Below, one piece after another: positions 1-10,095 of a stretch of DNA of 43,975 nt (the first letter of the stretch is position 1; each line of letters begins with the position of its first letter). Source of the stretch: a virus (lineage: Duplodnaviria > Heunggongvirae > Uroviricota > Caudoviricetes); IMG/VR virus record IMGVR_UViG_3300013121_000002, positions 1-43,975 of that record. One strand, 5' to 3'. The translations under genes and the position numbers were made by a program. Below the pieces are notes generated by a model that worked only from the letters and a program-made list of their open reading frames with translations, did no database searches and had not been told where the DNA came from.

Positions 1-1256
1 AGTCTGGCGAGGAGATCGCCAAGCGCATTGCCCGCCTCGTCGGCGAGGTGAAGCCCGAGATCGTTAGCGCCATCGCTATCGAGGCGCGGTCGGACGGCAA
101 CCTCCGTCACGTCCCGCTCCTGCTCGCGCGCACGCTGGCGCAGGTCGCCAGCGGCCCGATCATTGGCAACACCATCGCCAGCGTCATCCAGCGCGCCGAC
201 GAGCTTGCCGAGTTCCTGTCGCTGTACTGGAAGGACAAGCCGGATGCGCCGCTCGACCATCAGGTCAAGCGCGGCCTCCGCATGGCGATCACCAAGTTCG
301 ACGAGTACCAGCTTGCGAAGTACGACCGGCGCGACGCCGCGGTGAAGCTCCGCGACGTGCTCCGCATCATTCGGCCGAAGCCCGCCAACGACGCTCAGTC
401 GGCGCTGTGGCGGCGCGCGGTGAAGGGCGAGCTTGCAACGCCGGACACTTGGGAGGCGGCTCTGACGAGCGGCGCGAACAAGCGCGAGACGTTCGAGCGC
501 CTGATCCGCGAGGGTAAGCTGGGCTACTTCGCCTTGCTGCGGAACCTCCGGGGCATGGCGGCGGCCGGTGTGGACGACAAGCTGATCCGGGAGGCCATCG
601 TTGCCCGCAAGGGCGGCGCTGATCGCATCCTGCCGTTCCGGTTCGTCGCCGCGGCGCGGGCAGTCCCGCAGTTCGAGCGCGAGCTTGACCGGGCACTGGT
701 CGCGGGCATTGACCGCATGGCTCCGTGGTCGGGCACGACTGCTGTGCTGGTGGACGTGTCCTCGTCGATGGACGCCGTGCTGGCGTCTCGCGGCAAGGGT
801 GGCTTCCGCCGTCCGAAGCCGGGCGAGCCCGCACCCGATCCGCTCAAGCGGGTCGATGCTGCGGCGGCGCTGGCGTCGATGATCCCCGGCAACGTCCGTG
901 TGTTCTCGTTCTCGAACACGCTGGTCGAGGTGCCGCCGCGCCGGGGCATGGCTGGTGTCGATGCGATCCTGCGTTCGCAGGTCCACAGCGGCACCCAGCT
1001 TATCGACGCCGTGCGGCAGGTGAACGCCAAGCGCGGACTGGAGTACGACCGGATCATCGTCATCAGCGACGAGCAGGCCGCGTCGGACACTGGTCGCCTC
1101 CCGGCTCCGAACAAGGGCGCACGCGGTTTCATAGTCAACGTAGCATCGGCGCAGAACGGCGTTGGCTACGGCCCGTGGGTCCATCTGGACGGATTCAGCG
1201 AGTCGGTCCTGCGCTGGATCACGGCGGCCGAGGCTGGAGGCATCAGCCTCGACTAA
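1..1256 (+). CDS. rsr: TROVE-domain RNA-binding protein (Ro60/Rsr-like) with C-terminal vWA domain; 5' end lies outside the window
   Basis: Frame is open from base 3 (SGEEIAKRIARLVGEVKPE...). TROVE-type motifs EARSDGNLRHVP, YQLAKY, KLRDVLR, PDTWE and ALLRNLR are present, as are the vWA MIDAS motif VLVDVSSSM and SDEQ. Confidence 0.9.
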   Translation, partial: SGEEIAKRIARLVGEVKPEIVSAIAIEARSDGNLRHVPLLLARTLAQVASGPIIGNTIASVIQRADELAEFLSLYWKDKPDAPLDHQVKRGLRMAITKFDEYQLAKYDRRDAAVKLRDVLRIIRPKPANDAQSALWRRAVKGELATPDTWEAALTSGANKRETFERLIREGKLGYFALLRNLRGMAAAGVDDKLIREAIVARKGGADRILPFRFVAAARAVPQFERELDRALVAGIDRMAPWSGTTAVLVDVSSSMDAVLASRGKGGFRRPKPGEPAPDPLKRVDAAAALASMIPGNVRVFSFSNTLVEVPPRRGMAGVDAILRSQVHSGTQLIDAVRQVNAKRGLEYDRIIVISDEQAASDTGRLPAPNKGARGFIVNVASAQNGVGYGPWVHLDGFSESVLRWITAAEAGGISLD

Positions 1257-1281
1257 CGATTTGGGGTGAATCCATCAGCGC

Positions 1282-1323
1282 AAAGAAAAAGGGGCGGCCC
1301 GTGAGGACCGCCCCTTTCGTTTG
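1282..1323. terminator. Bidirectional intrinsic terminator between the Ro60 gene and the HExxH gene
   Basis: GGGGCGGCCC-GTGA-GGACCGCCCC hairpin (1291-1314), with an A-tract on the left (U-tract on the minus strand) and TTTCGTTT on the right, between convergent genes. Confidence 0.85.
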
Positions 1324-1338
1324 ACAACTTGCGTTGTC

Positions 1339-1398
1339 CCATGCCGTGCCAAACCCGAGCACACCCGACCTTACCATACCTTACCAAGCCGCACCCGC
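1339..1398. repeat. Period-5 CCNNN/NNNGG array (12 units)
   Basis: ccatg ccgtg ccaaa cccga gcaca cccga cctta ccata cctta ccaag ccgca cccgc read directly; 11 of 12 units start with CC. Confidence 0.75.
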
Positions 1399-1410
1399 GC
1401 CTTGGGTTGG

Positions 1411-2001
1411 TTAGTCTAGCACTTTGGTTTTTGCGGCTCTAGCTCTTTCTAATTGAGCAGCTAGTTGGACCCGCCGTTCTTGAGCAATTGGCGCTCGTTT
1501 CCGTGTGGGCCGGTAACGAACCTTGTGCTCCTTGAACGCCGCCTTGAGCTTGTCGTGTGCCTCGCGGCCGAGCCCGTAGAGGACCAACTTGAGGTACGCA
1601 TCGCAGAACTCCCAGCCGTGGGCAGCAACCCGGCTACCGTGCGTCCGGGCGATCACCGTGTGGGCCAGTTCGTGCAGGACGATCCCTGCCCGCCTCGACC
1701 ACACCGGCATCGTGATCCCGCTGGCGCTGCCGCCTGCGCGGCGACGCCCGCGACCATCATCGACCCGAGGCGGATCGTTCTTCCACCGCCCCGGCTTGGT
1801 CGCGACCGGGAAGGCTTCCTGCACCCGCTTCATCGTCCACACCCGCTTCACGAACTGCTCCATGTCGCGGAGCGTCGGGAGCGGGAGGAGATCATCTAGC
1901 GCGTGGTCGGCCTTGTAGACCCGACTGCGCTGGCTGTCGCGCGGCTCCTTAATCGGCTTGCCGCCGAACAGCGCGCCGCGCGGCTTTCCGCTCGTATTCA
2001 T
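1411..2001 (-). CDS. HExxH zincin-like putative metallohydrolase (resembles the Rv0185/TIGR04338 or SprT-like family)
   Basis: Motifs MPVWSR..IVLHELAH and AHGWEF. Start placed at ATG 2001 because AGGAG lies 7 nt upstream; the ORF-track start at 2007 is only 1 nt from it. Confidence 0.8.
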   Translation of the reverse strand: MNTSGKPRGALFGGKPIKEPRDSQRSRVYKADHALDDLLPLPTLRDMEQFVKRVWTMKRVQEAFPVATKPGRWKNDPPRVDDGRGRRRAGGSASGITMPVWSRRAGIVLHELAHTVIARTHGSRVAAHGWEFCDAYLKLVLYGLGREAHDKLKAAFKEHKVRYRPTRKRAPIAQERRVQLAAQLERARAAKTKVLD

Positions 2002-2076
2002 TTGCATTCTCCTACGATGTCAATGAACCTGCCCGTGGTGGTATGTAGGCAGACTGCCGTACTCGGCAGTAATGAC

Positions 2077-2105
2077 ACCATAGCACAACGCTAATGAATT
2101 GTCAA
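2077..2105 (-). promoter_or_regulatory. Sigma70-type promoter for the HExxH gene
   Basis: Minus strand TTGACA (2105-2100), 17-nt spacer, TATGGT (2082-2077), with an extended -10 TG. Confidence 0.75.
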
Positions 2106-2205
2106 AGTGACGCTAATGAATGGTTCTGATTTGGGCACTTCTCGGCGGAAAAAAATCAATACTATCAATGGCCGTTCCCTGCGACAATCTGTCCATTTCA
2201 GGTTG

Positions 2206-2238
2206 CAAACAAAAAGGGCGGTCCCTACGGGCCGCCCT
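2206..2238 (-). terminator. Intrinsic terminator ending the late/lysis operon
   Basis: Minus strand AGGGCGGCCC-GTAG-GGACCGCCCT followed by TTTTGTTTG. Confidence 0.8.
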
Positions 2239-2239
2239 A

Positions 2240-2345
2240 GTTTCAGGAGGGAGGGTGGGGAGAGGAACCGCAGGGGAGCCACAGTCCCCCTCCCCGGTGT
2301 CGGGAGCTTCCAACAGGTCGCCGCAGGCGACCAAGCCCCCAACCT
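2240..2345 (-). ncRNA. Candidate structured RNA (two long stems plus a pyrimidine-rich linker) just before the terminator
   Basis: Stem 1 is GTTGGGGGCTT/AAGCTCCCGAC (11 bp), enclosing the hairpin GGTCGCC-TGC-GGCGACC. Stem 2 is GGGGAGGGGGAC/GTTCCTCTCCCC (12 bp), followed by ACCCTCCCTCCTG. No family was recognised. Confidence 0.35.
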
Positions 2346-2348
2346 CGT

Positions 2349-2852
2349 TCACGGTGGCGGATTGACCACCGTGGTAACAGCCGGTGTCGGCGTCGGCTCG
2401 ATCACCGTGAAGGCGATGTCAGGCATCACGAGCACGGCTGGCTTGAGACGCTGCACCCAATTGCACTCGAAATTGAAGATCATCCGATAGCGCGACGGGC
2501 CGGGCGGCAGATTGGCAGGCAGCGTGTAGCTGACGATCTTCTCGTCGTTGCCAAGCGGGCCAAAGGCGGGCTGACTGGTCGGCGGGAACCGACGCTCAAT
2601 CAGGTCGGCACCGAAGATCGAAGCGTAGGCGGTCGTCTGACAGACCTCGTGCCGCGTGATCTGGAAATGGACGCGAAGCTCGCCGCCCGCCTCGATCTCG
2701 GCCGTCTCGACGTGACCTTCAATCGTTATCGGAACCCCGGCTGTCAGCGGTAGCCACACGCCCCACGCCAACAGCGACGCGATGGCGATTGCCGTACCAT
2801 GAATCCTGATCCAGCGGATTGCCCGGTTCATTTGAATAGGTCCGCCACCCAA
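2349..2852 (-). CDS. Membrane-anchored protein with an extracytoplasmic domain, lysis-cassette accessory
   Basis: One N-terminal hydrophobic segment (AIAIASLLAWGVWLPL) followed by a beta-rich domain with two Cys; last gene of the operon. Confidence 0.6.
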   Translation of the reverse strand: MGGGPIQMNRAIRWIRIHGTAIAIASLLAWGVWLPLTAGVPITIEGHVETAEIEAGGELRVHFQITRHEVCQTTAYASIFGADLIERRFPPTSQPAFGPLGNDEKIVSYTLPANLPPGPSRYRMIFNFECNWVQRLKPAVLVMPDIAFTVIEPTPTPAVTTVVNPPP

Positions 2853-3055
2853 TCCTTGAAGATCACCACGGCTGCTCCGATGGCTGCGATCCAGCCGAGG
2901 AAGGTGAGGATGAGCGCTCGGACCCGCTTGGCGAACTTGTGGTCATCCACGGTGTCGCGGATGTCCCGGCGCGTTCCTGCCTGCGCCGGGCCTTCCAGAC
3001 TCGCCTCACGCGGATCATCACCATCATCGTTTCCGCCGCGTTTCACCGCGTTCAT
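2828..3055 (-). CDS. Small single-TM protein, holin/antiholin-like
   Basis: 75 aa, charged N-terminus, one C-terminal TM (LILTFLGWIAAIGAAVVIF); located in the lysis cassette. Confidence 0.55.
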   Translation of the reverse strand: MNAVKRGGNDDGDDPREASLEGPAQAGTRRDIRDTVDDHKFAKRVRALILTFLGWIAAIGAAVVIFKDWVADLFK

Positions 3056-3074
3056 GCTCGCCCCCGATCTGATG

Positions 3075-3416
3075 CTACGCGCCGTCAGCCCACGGGCCGG
3101 TCGTCGGGATCGTCGCCGTGATCTTCCACCACAGCGCGCCGATGGCGGTGCCGAACGTGCCGTAGAGCAGGACGAGCGCTGACCAGATGTTCTGTCGGCT
3201 CGACCAGTCCAGTTGCTCCCATGGGAACGTGAAGCCCGCGGCGACCATCGTACCGAGGATGCCGAGGACGCTCTTGGACCGCAGGAGCCCGGCCGGGGTC
3301 ACGTCCTGCGTGCCATCGTCGTTGGTGACGGTGCTGCCACGCTGGAGCAGGAAAGCGGCAACACGACGGAGCCCGGCTCGCAGCAGCGGGCGACTAGCGA
3401 GGATTGGCAGTGCCAT
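3075..3416 (-). CDS. Two-TM membrane protein, putative holin
   Basis: Start re-called at ATG 3416 (MALPILASR...), overlapping the endolysin 3' end; two hydrophobic segments (SVLGILGTMVAAGFTF; IWSALVLLYGTFGTAIGALWW). Confidence 0.6.
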   Translation of the reverse strand: MALPILASRPLLRAGLRRVAAFLLQRGSTVTNDDGTQDVTPAGLLRSKSVLGILGTMVAAGFTFPWEQLDWSSRQNIWSALVLLYGTFGTAIGALWWKITATIPTTGPWADGA

Positions 3417-4734
3417 TGGCGTTCCCCTTCTTGAACAACAGCCGACCAATTGGTTTGCGGAAAACCCACAGCAGGGCGATGACCGCGACGATGAAGGTCG
3501 CGAGCCCGAGCCAGCCGAAGGCGTTCCAGATGAAGGCCCCGAGGCCAACGGCGGTCGCGCCGCTCGTGGCGACGGCTGTGCCTGCGCCGGGGCGAGCTTC
3601 CAGCCCGGTGCCCGGTGCCGACACGGTGTTGGTCGTCTGGGTGGAGGTCGTCGCTGGCGTGGTGGCCCCAGCCTTCACCCTGATCGCCCATGAGCGCGCA
3701 TCGTCGAACCGACGCACCTCCGGGCTGACTGAGAGGTGCAGGTACGTGGTGTGCGGGTTCGGGCCGGTGTAGTCACGATCCACCCAAGGCTGGACGACGG
3801 AACTGGTGATCTTCCGGTTCCAGATCATGTAGAGGATGCGCGGATCGCGGCTGGCCTTGAGCGACGCCGCGAGGACGTTGCAGTCGCAGCCACCAGCCGG
3901 ATCGTGCGTGATGTCGTAGGCGCGGACGACGCCGGGCGTGCTCGGGTCGCTGTCGTGGTCCTCGGGATTGTGCTCGGACTTGCCAGCGGCATGGCGGGCG
4001 TCGCCGATGCCGCCGTCCGAGGACTTGTCGCGGTTGGGTGCGAGGGCGTTGATCTGCGCTAGGTATTTCGTTAGCGCAGCCGCCATTCTCCATGAAGCTG
4101 CCATATCATTCTCCTCTGGCGCGGTGGGCGGCGGTGGTGACGCTGATGGGGCGAGAACGATGTCGCCGAGCGCTTCAAGGCGCTTGAGCAGCACCATCGC
4201 GCCGCACTGCTCGGACACCGCAGTTGCCGACCATTGGCCGTCAGCAACGTACTTGCCCATGACGTAATGATTACTGAAACTCCACAGATAGGGAGACTTC
4301 ACGTTCGGATGGTGCAGGCGATAGCCCCAGCCGTTGTAGGATTCGAGCAAGTAAGCAATTCGCTCGATTGACCAGTCCGTGTTCTCGTCGAGCTTGGACA
4401 GCTTGAGCGCGTCGGCGGCGCTGACCTCCCATGTGAACGGTGGGTGGCCTGCCCGTGGATGTCCGGCTGGCACATGCGTCGTGCGTGCCGAGAGCGGATC
4501 GCCGTTGTGCAGATGCGTCTTGAAGTTCAGGCTGGACTCCAGACTGTGGATGACGGCGACCACATACCAAGGCACCGTCGTCTGCTGCTGGACCGCCGTG
4601 TAGCGGCCCGTGTTCGCCATGATCTTGGTGACGACCCGATCCACGGCGCTGACGCGCCGGGGCTCAATCGTTAGCGTTGACCAAAGCTGCGCGTACTCGG
4701 CCCGCAACTCCTGAAAGGTCGGCTTGGTCGCCAT
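3394..4734 (-). CDS. Endolysin: lysozyme-like domain + M15/LAS-like peptidase domain + C-terminal TM anchor
   Basis: Start MATKPTF at 4734 with a GGGGAG RBS. N-domain IHSLES..F..HLHNGDPL..RT..VP.G.P (COG5526-type lysozyme). Second domain DGGIGD..H...SEHNP...VRAYDITHD...YTGPNPHTTYLHLSV. Hydrophobic C-tail. Confidence 0.8.
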   Translation of the reverse strand: MATKPTFQELRAEYAQLWSTLTIEPRRVSAVDRVVTKIMANTGRYTAVQQQTTVPWYVVAVIHSLESSLNFKTHLHNGDPLSARTTHVPAGHPRAGHPPFTWEVSAADALKLSKLDENTDWSIERIAYLLESYNGWGYRLHHPNVKSPYLWSFSNHYVMGKYVADGQWSATAVSEQCGAMVLLKRLEALGDIVLAPSASPPPPTAPEENDMAASWRMAAALTKYLAQINALAPNRDKSSDGGIGDARHAAGKSEHNPEDHDSDPSTPGVVRAYDITHDPAGGCDCNVLAASLKASRDPRILYMIWNRKITSSVVQPWVDRDYTGPNPHTTYLHLSVSPEVRRFDDARSWAIRVKAGATTPATTSTQTTNTVSAPGTGLEARPGAGTAVATSGATAVGLGAFIWNAFGWLGLATFIVAVIALLWVFRKPIGRLLFKKGNANGTANPR

Positions 4735-4753
4735 TGCCAGAACTCCCCTTTTG

Positions 4754-5875
4754 CTAGGCCGCCACAGGGCTCGTCGTAGCGGCGCGTGCAGCGGTGATGG
4801 GGTCCGTGACCCCTTCATACCAACCCCGGCCCCAGACCGTCAGCAGGCGCTCGAAATAGCGCTCGTAGCGCGGGCCGATGACCTCCATCGAGAAGCGATC
4901 CGCCGTGTGCTGCCGGATCGCAGCAGGGTCGAGGTAGCGCACAAGCTCAACCGCCTCGACGAACTCCCGCAACATCCGACAGCGGTAGCCGTTGAATCCA
5001 TTGATAACCGTTTCCGGGAAAACACCCCAATCGGTTGTGATGACCGGCGTGCCCGAGGCCATCGCCTCGACGTGGACCATGCCGAACGGCTCGACGTAGA
5101 GTGACGGTACGAACACGGCGCGAGCCCGCGACATCAGCCGCCCGCGCTCCTCCTCACCGATCACCCCGAGATAGGTCACGTCGCCGAGCAGGCTGCGCGG
5201 TGTGCCCGGCCCGGCGAGCTTGAGTGGCACGCCAGCCGCCCGGCAGGCGTCGGCCGCCACGGCGTAGCCCTTGAGTTCGGTGATGCGGCCGACGAACAGG
5301 CAGTAGTCCTCGCGCGGCTTCTCGACGAACGGATGCTTCGTCATGTCCACGAAGCCGGGGATCACATCGTCGTAGGAGTTGCCGGTGATGTTCCCCATAC
5401 CGGCCATACGGGCGTAGGTCGTGTGCATCCACGCATAGCTCTCGAACACGCGGTAGGGCGCAAACGTGCCGGGGTAGCCGATGCCGAACTCGACCACCAT
5501 CGCGCCGGGCAGCGCGTCGGCCAGCGGCTTATTGGAGTAGCCGCCGATGACACAAACGAAATCCTTATCGTTGAGCCGAGCACGGATCGCGTTGGCTGCC
5601 CGGTGGTTGAAGTGCCGCCAGTGCGGCAGATTGTGGTCGAACGGTGCCGAGGTGTAGTGTCCTGCTGCCTTGATGATGGGCTCGATCTCGGCCTTGCTCA
5701 TGCAGCTAATGAACTCGGTACACGGAGCTTCGTTCTCCTTACCCGCGTACAGGAACACCTCGTGTCCGCGAGCCATCATCATTTGACAAAAGCCGCGCAC
5801 CTTCCATGTGAAGGCGCACGCCGAGTAGGCAGCGGTCGTTTGAGTATGTGGCAGTCCTACGACGTGAAAGCGCAT
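4754..5875 (-). CDS. GT-B fold glycosyltransferase (GT4-like)
   Basis: FVGRITELKG and VPSLYVEPFGMVHVEAMASGTPVITTDWG (E-x7-E) motifs; start MRFHVVGLPH with a GGGGAG RBS. Confidence 0.9.
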   Translation of the reverse strand: MRFHVVGLPHTQTTAAYSACAFTWKVRGFCQMMMARGHEVFLYAGKENEAPCTEFISCMSKAEIEPIIKAAGHYTSAPFDHNLPHWRHFNHRAANAIRARLNDKDFVCVIGGYSNKPLADALPGAMVVEFGIGYPGTFAPYRVFESYAWMHTTYARMAGMGNITGNSYDDVIPGFVDMTKHPFVEKPREDYCLFVGRITELKGYAVAADACRAAGVPLKLAGPGTPRSLLGDVTYLGVIGEEERGRLMSRARAVFVPSLYVEPFGMVHVEAMASGTPVITTDWGVFPETVINGFNGYRCRMLREFVEAVELVRYLDPAAIRQHTADRFSMEVIGPRYERYFERLLTVWGRGWYEGVTDPITAARAATTSPVAA

Positions 5876-5892
5876 TTGGTTTAGTTCTCCCC

Positions 5893-6555
5893 TTACCAAG
5901 TGAATGTGAGGTAGCCGACGCCGATCATATTTCGCGTCCCCTCATCATCTATATCAACAGTATGATTTACGGGCACCTCCCCCGGATTATACACCTTGTA
6001 GAAGAAGTAGTGACTCGTGCTGCCACTCAACTCGGTCATTGCCGGGTCAACAGTACGAGGATCAATCGCCCCATCGGAGGCAACGCAACCCACAGCTAGT
6101 GCTGGAAGGGATGCCGCAGCGCCAATGGTTATGGTGGAAGGGCTGGGATTGCCTGTCGTCGAAGCGCCCGCTGCACTCATGCCCTGTACGGCAGTTAGGA
6201 TCGGAATGTTTGGCCTGAACACAACGACAGCCCAATTTTCAATGTCGCTGTCCATGCCAGTGACAGTATTCTCTGTACCATCAAGAACCTTGTAGCAGAC
6301 GCCACGCGCGATACCCCCCGGCGTAGCCGCTGATGCTGCTATGAAATAATTGGTAAACCCATCGGGCGTTACCGTCGTAGGCGTGCCGCTGACGGTACTG
6401 TGTGCAAAATTGGAAATGACGGCCACGTCACCCTTACGCAAACCAGTTCCGGCAGGAATTGTTATGGTCGCGCCAGTTCCAGTCAGCGAGGCAAGCAAAC
6501 GAAAGCCCTGAACAAGCGGACGCCCAAATCCAACGAGTGGGTTGACCTTGAGCAT
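5893..6555 (-). CDS. Tail-fibre-associated hypothetical protein (beta-rich, T/S/G-rich)
   Basis: 220-aa ORF in the operon directly downstream of the fibre genes; visibly more AT-rich codons than its neighbours. Confidence 0.6.
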   Translation of the reverse strand: MLKVNPLVGFGRPLVQGFRLLASLTGTGATITIPAGTGLRKGDVAVISNFAHSTVSGTPTTVTPDGFTNYFIAASAATPGGIARGVCYKVLDGTENTVTGMDSDIENWAVVVFRPNIPILTAVQGMSAAGASTTGNPSPSTITIGAAASLPALAVGCVASDGAIDPRTVDPAMTELSGSTSHYFFYKVYNPGEVPVNHTVDIDDEGTRNMIGVGYLTFTW

Positions 6556-6560
6556 TAAAT

Positions 6561-7043
6561 TTATGCCTGCGACAGAGCGTTGCGAACGGCGGTGCGAAGC
6601 TGCGCTAGAGTGCGCTGCGGGATGGCCTGTACCGTCGCCATGCGCGTCTTGAAATCCGCCAGTGAGGTCGCCTGCGCCGCTACGTCGAGGATCGAAGCAA
6701 GCCGTGTCGAGTGCAAATTGAACTCGTCCACAATCAGCCCCAAAATCGCACGCTCAACAGCGTAGCTGCTGTCAAAGCTGTTCATTACCGAATCACGCGC
6801 CAACGCGTCGTCATCCAGTAGCTCTTGTGGCGTCTTGGTCCGCACCGTCCACACGCGGGTCACCTGCGCTTGCTCGATGGTGACGATAGGTCCAATGCGA
6901 ACCTGTGTATCGGGGTCGAACGGCGGGTCGGTGGTGACAACCGGAAGAATTTGCAGGGTCGTCTTGTGGGGCAAGCTCGGCGGTGTATCGAACTGCCGGA
7001 ACTCCCTGATCGCGCCACTGACGATGATTGCATACTCAGCCAT
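6561..7043 (-). CDS. Hypothetical protein, possible tail-fibre assembly chaperone
   Basis: 160-aa ORF immediately after the fibre, with a GGAG RBS; position is typical of fibre chaperones. Confidence 0.55.
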   Translation of the reverse strand: MAEYAIIVSGAIREFRQFDTPPSLPHKTTLQILPVVTTDPPFDPDTQVRIGPIVTIEQAQVTRVWTVRTKTPQELLDDDALARDSVMNSFDSSYAVERAILGLIVDEFNLHSTRLASILDVAAQATSLADFKTRMATVQAIPQRTLAQLRTAVRNALSQA

Positions 7044-7054
7044 AATGAAAGCTC

Positions 7055-10084
<3,030 letters not shown>

Positions 10085-10095
10085 CTAAGTGATCC

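Noticed and set aside
1257-1290. Y RNA or tRNA directly downstream of the Ro60 gene
   Set aside because: Only 34 nt before the terminator hairpin; no cloverleaf or T-loop seen here, and no tRNA was recognised elsewhere by eye.
1321-1350. Plus-strand TTGACA as a promoter -35
   Set aside because: No -10-like hexamer 16-18 nt downstream and no plus-strand gene to drive; it overlaps the terminator tail.
3416-3548. ORF-track N-terminal extension of the putative holin (start 3548), and similar extensions at 4818, 5899, 22747, 23153, 29668, 33675 and 34469
   Set aside because: They overlap upstream genes extensively and lack RBS; internal starts with RBS or stop/start coupling fit better.
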